From Candidatus Electrothrix yaqonensis (GTDB lineage: Bacteria; Desulfobacterota; Desulfobulbia; Desulfobulbales; Desulfobulbaceae), in the NCBI GenBank assembly GCA_047651235.1, contig CP178758.1:570001-602000 (forward strand): 32,000 nt of DNA, written 5' to 3'. Position 1 is the first letter of the stretch. Each line of letters begins with the position of its first letter. Shown piece by piece: positions 1 to 7,284 of this stretch. Position numbers and translations under genes: made by a program. The notes below the pieces were generated by a model, which did no database searches, was not told the DNA's origin, and saw nothing but the letters and a program-made list of their open reading frames with translations.

Positions 1-1
1 C

Positions 2-388
2 GGGAAAATAAACCGCACCCTGCATCAGGAGGAACGGCCGTACCTGCTCATCGGCCCGGGCCGATGGGGAACCGCTGACCCCTGGTTAGGTATTCCGGTG
101 CAGTGGCGGGATATCTCCGGGGTCGGTGCCATTGTTGAGTTGCAGAATGATGGGGCTGTCCGGGCCGAAGCCTCCCAGGGATCGCATTTTTTTCAGAACA
201 TCACCTCCCTCGGCATCCCCTACCTCATGGCGGAAAATACTGCTGTGGACTGGGATTGGCTGCTGGAGCAGGAGGCGCAGACCGGCCGCTATATCAGCCA
301 TGTCCAGCTGGACAGTCCCTTCACCCTGAGGGTGGACGGAGAGCGGAATGAGGCGGTTGCTTTTGTCCGGAGGAATGGCAGTGCCTGA
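2..388 (+). CDS. 3' part of a gene whose 5' end lies outside the window; encodes the C-terminal part of a PEP/pyruvate-binding (PEP synthase / pyruvate phosphate dikinase-like) domain protein
   Basis: Frame 2 is open from the window edge to the TGA at 386-388. The translation ...ERPYLLIGPGRWGTADPWLGIPVQWRDISG...SQGSHFFQNITSLGIPY resembles the conserved C-terminal block of PEP-binding family proteins as I remember it. Confidence 0.55.
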   Translation, partial: GKINRTLHQEERPYLLIGPGRWGTADPWLGIPVQWRDISGVGAIVELQNDGAVRAEASQGSHFFQNITSLGIPYLMAENTAVDWDWLLEQEAQTGRYISHVQLDSPFTLRVDGERNEAVAFVRRNGSA

Positions 389-404
389 TGCACGGATTTA
401 TACT

Positions 405-425
405 GTCAAGATTTTTTTTCTTGAC
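405..425 (+). terminator. Stem-loop just downstream of the first CDS (weak intrinsic-terminator candidate)
   Basis: GTCAAGA (405-411) and TCTTGAC (419-425) form a perfect 7-bp inverted repeat around a T7 loop, 17 nt after the stop codon. There is no separate strong U-tract after the stem. Confidence 0.3.
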
Positions 426-655
426 CTTCTGTTTAAGATTTTATACCCTATTTGATAATAGGTGATCAGATTTTGAACTCTGTAAGAGTATTCGGTGTCT
501 GATACAGATAATGTTGCATTGATCAGCGTTCCCTGATTTTTGGACAGAGAAAATGAAATGCAGCATCTTTTTGAAAAATTTACTGATAGAATAAAAATAC
601 CCATCCTATCTTAACTCATAACTATGGCAACGCTTATTCAGTAAGCAGGTGCTGT

Positions 656-763
656 GCTTTCCGGTTGATGACGGAAAGCTGAAAAAGCCACAACCGCCGT
701 GAGGCGGTGTCGGAAAGTCACGGGTCTCCGCAGGGGAGACGGCCGGGCTGCCTGCTTTTTATT
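656..763 (+). promoter_or_regulatory. Structured 5' leader candidate: three consecutive hairpins followed by a T-run, upstream of CDS 788-1837
   Basis: Hairpin 1 is GCTTTCCG/CGGAAAGC (656-663/672-679). Hairpin 2 is ACCGCC-GTGA-GGCGGT (693-708) with a GNRA-type loop. Hairpin 3 is GTCTCC-GCAGG-GGAGAC (724-740). CTGCTTTTTATT follows at 752-763. Confidence 0.3.
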
Positions 764-787
764 CAATCATATACCGGGAGGTATGTT

Positions 788-1837
788 ATGAAATCTATTT
801 TAGCTCCAAAAATTATTTCAACACTCTTTATGATGAGTGTTGCAACCAGTGTTACGGCAGGCCCCGTTGAATATATAACAAATGGGGGTTTTGAAAGCGG
901 CGATTTTACCGGTTGGGACGTCATGCGATCTGATGGTTGTGACTTCGCTTGTGAGGGTGGTTGGACAATTAATGACGGCACCTTTGACCCTCCGGGGCCT
1001 GGAGATCCGTTGCCTCCCATATCGGGAAGCTATGATGCTGTATCTTGGCAGCAGGGCCCAGGTCTTAGTGTAATGACAAAACCGATTACTCTTCCATATG
1101 GAATCACCTCAGCTGTTTTGCGTTGGTCTGACCGTATACGGAACCATGCTTCAGTCTTTAGTGACCCTAATCAGGAATGGCGGGTTCTGATAAAAGATAC
1201 GGGCGGGACTGTGCTTGAGGAAGTGTTTTCGACGAACCCCGGTGATCCGCTGGAGCAACTTGGGCCTAATGTTGGGGTATACGATTTGACATCGTTGGCG
1301 CAGACCTATGAGGGTGAAGAAATCGTACTCAGTTTTGAGCAGCAGGATGATCTTTTGTTTTTTAATGCGACTCTTGATGATGTCAGCTTGGAAATTGATA
1401 CCTGTGACGTTGATGCATCCCTTCAATACGGTCAGATGACCATTGATACAACTCCGGGACATGGGGACCAAGATCATGCCAGGTTCAAAATGACCGGTCT
1501 GACCGACCTCGGCGATATTGCACTGCCGGGCGATGTTGACCTGACATTTACCGCCGAGACTCCTGACGGTATCGCCTACACCTTCAGCGGCACAGGCACT
1601 GTCGAGGGCAACAAGTTGAGCCTGCACCAGGAGGCCGGAGACGGAGAGGAAAAAATAACATGCCGGCTTTCAACGGAACTGTGCGTCATATTCATAGAGC
1701 GTGATGTCGATATTGACGAGACCGTGCTTGATGCTAATCCTGTGACTCTCAGTCTTGAGGTCAACGGAACCAAGTACTGTCACAGCGGTGACTGGACTGA
1801 AGAAGTCTTTCCGGAAAGGACTGTATACACCTACTGA
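788..1837 (+). CDS. Secreted hypothetical protein with an N-terminal jelly-roll (galactose-binding-like/CBM-type) motif
   Basis: ATG at 788 is preceded by GGGAGG (775-780). MKSILAPKIISTLFMMSVATSVTA-GP looks like a Sec signal peptide. The mature N-terminus NGGFESGDFTGW is the motif typical of CBM4_9-like jelly-roll domains. The longer ORF from 707 starts with GTG and has no RBS. Confidence 0.7.
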   Translation: MKSILAPKIISTLFMMSVATSVTAGPVEYITNGGFESGDFTGWDVMRSDGCDFACEGGWTINDGTFDPPGPGDPLPPISGSYDAVSWQQGPGLSVMTKPITLPYGITSAVLRWSDRIRNHASVFSDPNQEWRVLIKDTGGTVLEEVFSTNPGDPLEQLGPNVGVYDLTSLAQTYEGEEIVLSFEQQDDLLFFNATLDDVSLEIDTCDVDASLQYGQMTIDTTPGHGDQDHARFKMTGLTDLGDIALPGDVDLTFTAETPDGIAYTFSGTGTVEGNKLSLHQEAGDGEEKITCRLSTELCVIFIERDVDIDETVLDANPVTLSLEVNGTKYCHSGDWTEEVFPERTVYTY

Positions 1838-1857
1838 TATCACAGGTATATCGTGAA

Positions 1858-1888
1858 AGAAAACGGGAGCTGCGGCTCCCGTTTTTCA
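1858..1888. terminator. Bidirectional rho-independent terminator between convergent genes
   Basis: ACGGGAGC (1864-1871), loop TGCG, GCTCCCGT (1876-1883). The stem is flanked by an A-run upstream and TTTTT downstream. It sits between the stop at 1837 (+) and the stop at 1901 (-). Confidence 0.8.
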
Positions 1889-1900
1889 GTTCGAAGCAAC

Positions 1901-2908
1901 CTACCTTTCTGACGTATCGATAAAACCGAAATTCCCCTCCGCGCTCAGCAGATGGGCAAAGCGGTCCTGATTTTCTCTGATCTGACTGATAACTGACAGG
2001 GCCACGGCAAGAGCACGCCGGCCTTCCCGACCGGAGACCGTGGGTTTCCGGCGATTGCGGACGTTGCTGATGAACTCTCTGATTTCCATTTCCAGCACAT
2101 CCTGTTCGCTGAAACTGTGCCGGGAAACATCAGGCAGAGGCAGTCCTCCCTGCCCGTTCTGTTTCAGCTTGATGGCCATGACTTCCTTTTTGCCGAAATC
2201 CACAGCAAGATATTTACCGGGCTGAAAAATACGCATCCGCCGTATGTTTTCCATGGAGATTCTGCTGACCGTAATATTGGCGGTGCAGCCGTTCTTGAAG
2301 ACGATCCGGGCATTGGCGATATCCGTGAGCCGGGTGATCACCGGAGCACCTACCGTGTGGATATCTTTGATCGGTGAGTTGATAATAGAAAGAATGATAT
2401 CGATATCGTGGATCATCAGATCCAAAATGACATCCACATCCGTGCCCCGGTTCTTGAACGTGGACAGGCGGTGGGTTTCGATGAACAGGGGGTTGTTCAG
2501 CAGGGGCTGCATGGCCAGGACAGCCGGGTTGAACCGTTCCAGATGTCCGACCTGCAGAAGAAGCTTCTTTTTATCTGCCAGGGCGATCAGATCTTCTGCT
2601 TCCCGCAGGGTGGTGGTCATGGGCTTTTCCAGCAGGATATCAAGATCATGCTCCAGGCAGGCTACAGCAACAGCATGATGATGCACTGTAGGCACCACAA
2701 TGGAGACCGCATCCACCTGCTCAATGAGAGGCTGATAATCTGTAAAGGCTTTTGTACCGCATTCCTCCGCCACTGCCTGAGCACGGGCCTGATCAACATC
2801 CGCCACCCCGATCAGCCGGACATCCTCCATTGCCGCATATTTCATGGCATGAAAGCGGCCGAGATAACCGACCCCGATGACTCCGACCCGCAGTTTGCTG
2901 TTGTTCAT
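1901..2908 (-). CDS. Gfo/Idh/MocA family NAD(P)-dependent oxidoreductase
   Basis: 335-aa ORF. It has the N-terminal Rossmann motif VGVIGVGYLGRFH and the EKPM motif (LLEKPMTTTL) typical of the family. Confidence 0.85.
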   Translation of the reverse strand: MNNSKLRVGVIGVGYLGRFHAMKYAAMEDVRLIGVADVDQARAQAVAEECGTKAFTDYQPLIEQVDAVSIVVPTVHHHAVAVACLEHDLDILLEKPMTTTLREAEDLIALADKKKLLLQVGHLERFNPAVLAMQPLLNNPLFIETHRLSTFKNRGTDVDVILDLMIHDIDIILSIINSPIKDIHTVGAPVITRLTDIANARIVFKNGCTANITVSRISMENIRRMRIFQPGKYLAVDFGKKEVMAIKLKQNGQGGLPLPDVSRHSFSEQDVLEMEIREFISNVRNRRKPTVSGREGRRALAVALSVISQIRENQDRFAHLLSAEGNFGFIDTSER

Positions 2909-2950
2909 TATCTCTCCTGAGTTATGGGCATTTCGGTTTCTTCTGAGCGA

Positions 2951-3667
2951 TTAAATTCCAAGATATGCCTTTTGTATATCTCTGTTGCCCCGCAGCCTGT
3001 CTGCCTGATCGTGCATGATGATCCTGCCGTTCTCCAGGACATAGCCCCGGTCTGCTGCCTGCAGGGCCATATTGGCATTCTGTTCCACCAGAAAAATAGT
3101 CGTATTGTCTTCCTGATTAATTTTGCGGATAATCTCAAAAATTTGTCTGGTGACCAGCGGTGCCAGGCCCATAGAGGGTTCATCCAGGAGCAGAAGCTGC
3201 GGCCGGGCCATCAGGGCACGGGAAATGGCCAGCATCTGCTGTTCTCCGCCGGACAGATTGCCGCCGGGCTGGTTGCGGCGCTCAGCAAGTATGGGGAAGA
3301 GCGAGCAGACATAGTCCAGATCCTGCCGGATCTGCCGGGTATCCTTGCGCAGAAAAGCGCCAAGATCCAAGTTTTCCGCCACGGTCAGGTCCGGGAAAAT
3401 ATGCCGTCCTTCCGGCACCTGACTGATCCCCAACGCAACAATCTTATCCGGGGACAGGTGTTCAATGGGCTTGCCCTGAAATAAAATCTCACCGCTTTGG
3501 GGCGGAACAACCCCGCAGACCGACATCAGGGTCGTGGATTTTCCGGCCCCGTTGGCCCCGATCAGGGTAATAATCTCTCCCTGATCCACGGTCAGGCTGA
3601 TGTCGTGCAGAACCTGGATGTTGCCGTAAGAGGTATTGACATTGCGCAGCTCAAGCATGGACGGCAA
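2951..3667 (-). CDS. livF: Branched-chain amino acid ABC transporter ATP-binding protein, LivF type
   Basis: Walker A GANGAGKST, signature LSGGEQQML, Walker B LLLLDEPS. FLVEQNANMAL and the C-terminal AYLG closely parallel E. coli LivF. The start could alternatively be the downstream Met (MLELRN). Confidence 0.85.
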   Translation of the reverse strand: MPSMLELRNVNTSYGNIQVLHDISLTVDQGEIITLIGANGAGKSTTLMSVCGVVPPQSGEILFQGKPIEHLSPDKIVALGISQVPEGRHIFPDLTVAENLDLGAFLRKDTRQIRQDLDYVCSLFPILAERRNQPGGNLSGGEQQMLAISRALMARPQLLLLDEPSMGLAPLVTRQIFEIIRKINQEDNTTIFLVEQNANMALQAADRGYVLENGRIIMHDQADRLRGNRDIQKAYLGI

Positions 3668-3669
3668 CT

Positions 3670-4125
3670 CTATTTTCCTTCCGCAATAATGCGGATAATA
3701 TCCGACTTGCCGATCACACCCACCAATTTGTCCCGATCAAGCACCGGCAGGGTGTGAATCTTTTTTTCCGCCATCAGGGTGGCAAGTTCATCCAAGGGCG
3801 TGCCCTGCTGCACCGAGATGACCTTATCGGCGTAGATATCACCCACAGTCACCCCGGCCATCTTTTTCATTTCCTTTTCCATTTTTTCCGGGCTTTCCAG
3901 AAAGAAAAAAGCATCCAGGATGGCAACTGCTGTGGGAATATGCACTTTCTTGTTCTGAAAGATCAGGTCGCTTTCGGTCACCACGCCGATCAGTTTTCCT
4001 TCCCCGTCAAGCACGGGAGCGCCGCTGATTTTGTTTTCCGTCAGGATGCGCGCGAGCTCACGAACTTCCGTATCTCTGGTGACAGCAATGACGTTTTCCG
4101 TCATCAGGTCTTTGGCACATAACAT
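3670..4125 (-). CDS. CBS domain pair protein
   Basis: 151-aa ORF with two CBS-type repeats (MTENVIAV...ISGAPVLD and VISVQQGTPL...IHTLPVLD). Its stop lies 2 nt from the livF start. Confidence 0.85.
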   Translation of the reverse strand: MLCAKDLMTENVIAVTRDTEVRELARILTENKISGAPVLDGEGKLIGVVTESDLIFQNKKVHIPTAVAILDAFFFLESPEKMEKEMKKMAGVTVGDIYADKVISVQQGTPLDELATLMAEKKIHTLPVLDRDKLVGVIGKSDIIRIIAEGK

Positions 4126-4188
4126 ACGTCATTTTCACCTTGTTGGATTTTTTCTTCTGTCTCTTTCTTGTTGTTGCGTGCTGCTGTG

Positions 4189-5784
4189 TTATTTTCGGCT
4201 GCTAAGCTGCATCACCGCTTTCGGCAGGGCTGCTGCCACCTCTGAGGCGGTAAAGCCGTAGGCGCATTCTTCCGCCAGCAGGTCTGCGGCCAGCCCGTGC
4301 AGATAAACACCGAGTCCGGCAGCGTTCCACGGCGAGTAGTCTTGGGCAAGAAGCCCGCCGACCAGCCCGGCCAGCACATCGCCCATACCGCCGGTGGCCA
4401 TGCCGTGATTGCCGCTGCTGTTGATGGCCCAGTCTCCGCTTGTCGAGCTGACTACAGTCCCGGCCCCTTTCAGCACCGTGATGACCTCATGCTGCGGCGC
4501 GCGTTCAGCAAGTTCAGTCAGCCATGCTGCTGCCCGGAGACGGTCCGCTTGGATATCGGCTACGTCGTGTCCGCTCAGGCGGGACATTTCTCCCGGATGG
4601 GGCGTGAGAATACGCACTCCCTTGTTTTCCGTCAGGCAGGCCGATTCCTCTGCCAGCAGGTTGAGGGCGTCCGCATCAACTACCATCGGTAGAGAAAGTT
4701 CCCTGTACAGCCGCCGCACCAGCTGGCCGGTATCAGAAACCGTGCCCATGCCCGGCCCTATAACCAAGGCATCTTTCTCAGCAAGAAGCTCCATAAGCAA
4801 ATCGTAATCCGCTGCCGAAAACGCCTTGGCTGAATTGGGCAGAGGAACGGTCATTGCTTCAGGCAGGCTTATTTCAAAAATCGGATTCAGCTGCGCAGGG
4901 ACTGCCAGGGTCGCCAGACCGCAGCCGCTGTGCAAGGCTGCTTTGCCTGCCAGAATGGCAGCGCCGGTTTTTCCTTCCGAACCGGCCAGAATCAGCAGAT
5001 GGCCGTAGGTGCCCTTGTGAGTTGCTGTGCGGCGGGGCAGCAGGAGATCGGCAGCAGTCTGCCAGTCAAGTACGCTGCCGTGCAGACCGGCATCTTCCAC
5101 CACCTGCTGCGGGATGGAAATATCCTGGACAAAAAGTTTGCCCACTGTCTCGCCGCCGTGCAGATAATGCCCCGGTTTGGCAAGGCCGTAGGTCACGGTG
5201 AGATCAGCTTTGACCGTGCAGTCGAGCGGAACCCCGGTCCGGGCGGAAAGCCCGGAAGGAATATCAACGGCCACCACAGGCCATTGCCGGTCACGGGACA
5301 GGGTGTTCATCCAATGTACTGCAGCGGCAAACCGTCCTTCGAGATTCCTAGCCAGCCCGGTGCCGAACAGGGCATCCACCAGACTGTGGACAGGATGGAG
5401 GGCATGAAGCTGCCGGAGCTGCTCCGCGACCTGATCTAACTCATCTTCCTGCCGGACAACGCAATGGGCAAAGCCGAGTTTGCTGCAGATTGCCGCATTG
5501 ATGCCTGCATCACCGGAGAGCTTCTCCGGGCTGATCAGAAAAATAAGAAAAGGCCAGCCGCCCCGCTGCGCCGCATGGCGGGCAATAACCAGTCCGTCGC
5601 CCCCGTTATTTCCCGGGCCGATGAAAATACAGACGGTTTTCCCCTTAAACGCGCCGTATTCCTGTTCCATTGCATCCGCAGTTCCCTTCCCGGCATTCTC
5701 CATCAGCACGATGCCGGGAATACCGATTTCTTCAATAGCAGCCTTGTCCAAGGCCTGCATCTGGTTCGGAGTGGCAAGTTTCAT
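4189..5784 (-). CDS. nnr: Bifunctional NAD(P)H-hydrate repair enzyme (epimerase / ADP-dependent dehydratase)
   Basis: 531 aa. The N-terminal YjeF_N part carries GPGNNGGDG. The C-terminal carbohydrate-kinase part carries LKGAGTVV and GMATGGMGDVLAG. Confidence 0.9.
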   Translation of the reverse strand: MKLATPNQMQALDKAAIEEIGIPGIVLMENAGKGTADAMEQEYGAFKGKTVCIFIGPGNNGGDGLVIARHAAQRGGWPFLIFLISPEKLSGDAGINAAICSKLGFAHCVVRQEDELDQVAEQLRQLHALHPVHSLVDALFGTGLARNLEGRFAAAVHWMNTLSRDRQWPVVAVDIPSGLSARTGVPLDCTVKADLTVTYGLAKPGHYLHGGETVGKLFVQDISIPQQVVEDAGLHGSVLDWQTAADLLLPRRTATHKGTYGHLLILAGSEGKTGAAILAGKAALHSGCGLATLAVPAQLNPIFEISLPEAMTVPLPNSAKAFSAADYDLLMELLAEKDALVIGPGMGTVSDTGQLVRRLYRELSLPMVVDADALNLLAEESACLTENKGVRILTPHPGEMSRLSGHDVADIQADRLRAAAWLTELAERAPQHEVITVLKGAGTVVSSTSGDWAINSSGNHGMATGGMGDVLAGLVGGLLAQDYSPWNAAGLGVYLHGLAADLLAEECAYGFTASEVAAALPKAVMQLSSRK

Positions 5785-5942
5785 AGTGCCGATATGTTCT
5801 TCGCTGTGTTCTCAAGGGGATATTCGGTGCAGCAGGTGTGCAATCCTGCACAAAAAGTATCCTACTATAAACCTTTTTCAGGTGAACAGCAAAAAAAAGG
5901 TAAGCGGTCACAGGGGAGCCGCTCAGGCAGGCTGCCTGCCAC

Positions 5943-6009
5943 TTTTCAGGAATTTTCAGGAATTCCAGCCCGGTCAGTCATCCATTGATTATAACGGATT
6001 TTTCAGGTA
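5943..6009 (+). repeat. Three copies of the decamer TTTTCAGG(A/T)A in the divergent nnr / 6086 intergenic region
   Basis: TTTTCAGGAA occurs at 5943-5952 and in tandem at 5953-5962. TTTTCAGGTA occurs at 6000-6009. Confidence 0.6.
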
Positions 6010-6085
6010 TTCTGCCATATCATAATTTCCAAATTTTCATATGGTGGATGCGGTACGGAGCGCATACTTAAAAAGGAGAAAAAAT

Positions 6086-6586
6086 ATGAAACCATTTTTG
6101 ATAGCCACTGTCGCGCTGATGTTGCTGGGGGCAGCTTCGGTTGGCCGGGCGGAAGTGAAAGAAGTCTATTTTCTGCACAGAACGAAAACAAAGGGCGTAC
6201 TGAAATTAGACTGTGATAAAGAGCAGAAGGGCAATCGGCCACCAGTCTATACGTGCTATGACAACGACGGCAACGGGCAGTCGATAACGCCCGGCCCAGA
6301 ATGGCAACTGGCCGAGCTGAGCCGTGTCTGTCTGCACAACACGGTGACAGATACGGTCAGGGACTGTTTGGGTATTGCTGCCCCTGGAAAACAGCCGGAA
6401 TTTTTTGTCTGTCAGGATGACAAAGGCACCTTCTTCCGCCCCCCGACCGAATGGGAAAAGCTCAATGCCGATGATGGACGTTGCGCTCCTCCGCCGAAAA
6501 AACTCGTTGATCTGCTGATCAGAGGAGAAAGTTCCGCTGCTCTGCCTTCTCAAATCGAATGGAGCGAAGCCAATGGCGCACAATAA
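6086..6586 (+). CDS. Secreted Cys-containing hypothetical protein
   Basis: ATG at 6086 follows AAGGAG (6073-6078). MKPFLIATVALMLLGAASVGRA-EV is signal-peptide-like. The mature part contains several Cys residues. I recognise no family. Confidence 0.65.
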   Translation: MKPFLIATVALMLLGAASVGRAEVKEVYFLHRTKTKGVLKLDCDKEQKGNRPPVYTCYDNDGNGQSITPGPEWQLAELSRVCLHNTVTDTVRDCLGIAAPGKQPEFFVCQDDKGTFFRPPTEWEKLNADDGRCAPPPKKLVDLLIRGESSAALPSQIEWSEANGAQ

Positions 6587-7238
6587 TGAAGCCCTTCCCT
6601 GGTCCGGGCTGATCGATATCGGCCTGCTTACAGGTCTCGGCACGGCCCTGCTGTACACGGCGGGCTGGTCGTATGCCTATAATTATTTCGGTCATTTTCA
6701 GATCGGGCTGCTGGGGATTACCATTCAGCGGGAGTACTTTTTCCTGTACGGTTTTTGGGTGCTCAAGAAATATTGGTTCTGTTTTCTGCTCTGCCTGCTT
6801 CTCGGCACCGGCCTATATTTCCTTGTTCGCTACGGATGGCGAAGGGCACAGACTGGACCTGCCAATCAGGTGAACAAGCGCCTTGCTTTGGTGCGGGCTG
6901 CAATATATGTTGGCGGGCCATTCTGTCTGCTGCTCCTGTTCATCTGGTTTTCCTGTCTCGGAGCAGCAACCGCCAAAGCGGTCTTTAAGCTGGAACAGGC
7001 CGGAGATTTTACCGATTATCCAAGAATCAAGGTCTGGGTGACAGGGAAGCAGGATAAAAAGGCCGAAAAATGGGCCAGTGGGTGTTATCAGCTCCTAGTG
7101 CGGGATAAAGACAATCTGTATCTCTTTCTGGCTGAGGAGATGAAAGACCGGATACCTGCGGATATTATTCCGACCGGTCAGGTAACGGCAGTGCGGGTGA
7201 TGCAGTGGTATAAGATGACGGGTAAAGAGTGCCTGTAA
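6573..7238 (+). CDS. Hypothetical multi-pass membrane protein
   Basis: 221-aa ORF that overlaps the preceding gene by 14 nt. It has several long hydrophobic segments (LLTGLGTALLYTAGW, YFFLYGFWVL, FCFLLCLLLGTGLYFLV, GGPFCLLLLFIWFSCLGAA). Confidence 0.6.
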   Translation: MAHNNEALPWSGLIDIGLLTGLGTALLYTAGWSYAYNYFGHFQIGLLGITIQREYFFLYGFWVLKKYWFCFLLCLLLGTGLYFLVRYGWRRAQTGPANQVNKRLALVRAAIYVGGPFCLLLLFIWFSCLGAATAKAVFKLEQAGDFTDYPRIKVWVTGKQDKKAEKWASGCYQLLVRDKDNLYLFLAEEMKDRIPADIIPTGQVTAVRVMQWYKMTGKECL

Positions 7239-7284
7239 AAATGCTTTCTTGCAATCTCAAGATAGAACGGACAAATAGAAGGGC

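Noticed and set aside
398-604. 68-aa minus-strand ORF in the AT-rich spacer
   Set aside because: It lies in a very AT-rich non-coding-looking region where ORFs arise only by chance stop avoidance. It has no RBS, and the peptide is implausible.
625-640. Sigma54-like TGGCA..N..TT element (TGGCAACGCTTATTCA)
   Set aside because: The -24 GG is present, but the -12 GC dinucleotide at the correct spacing is missing. This is likely a chance match in an AT-rich spacer.
707-787. N-terminal extensions suggested by the ORF track (GTG 707 for the secreted protein; TTG 12629 for DUF748; 6041 and 30576 for the signal-peptide proteins)
   Set aside because: Internal ATGs with good Shine-Dalgarno sequences give canonical signal peptides or TM N-termini. 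The extensions would bury those signals and have no RBS.
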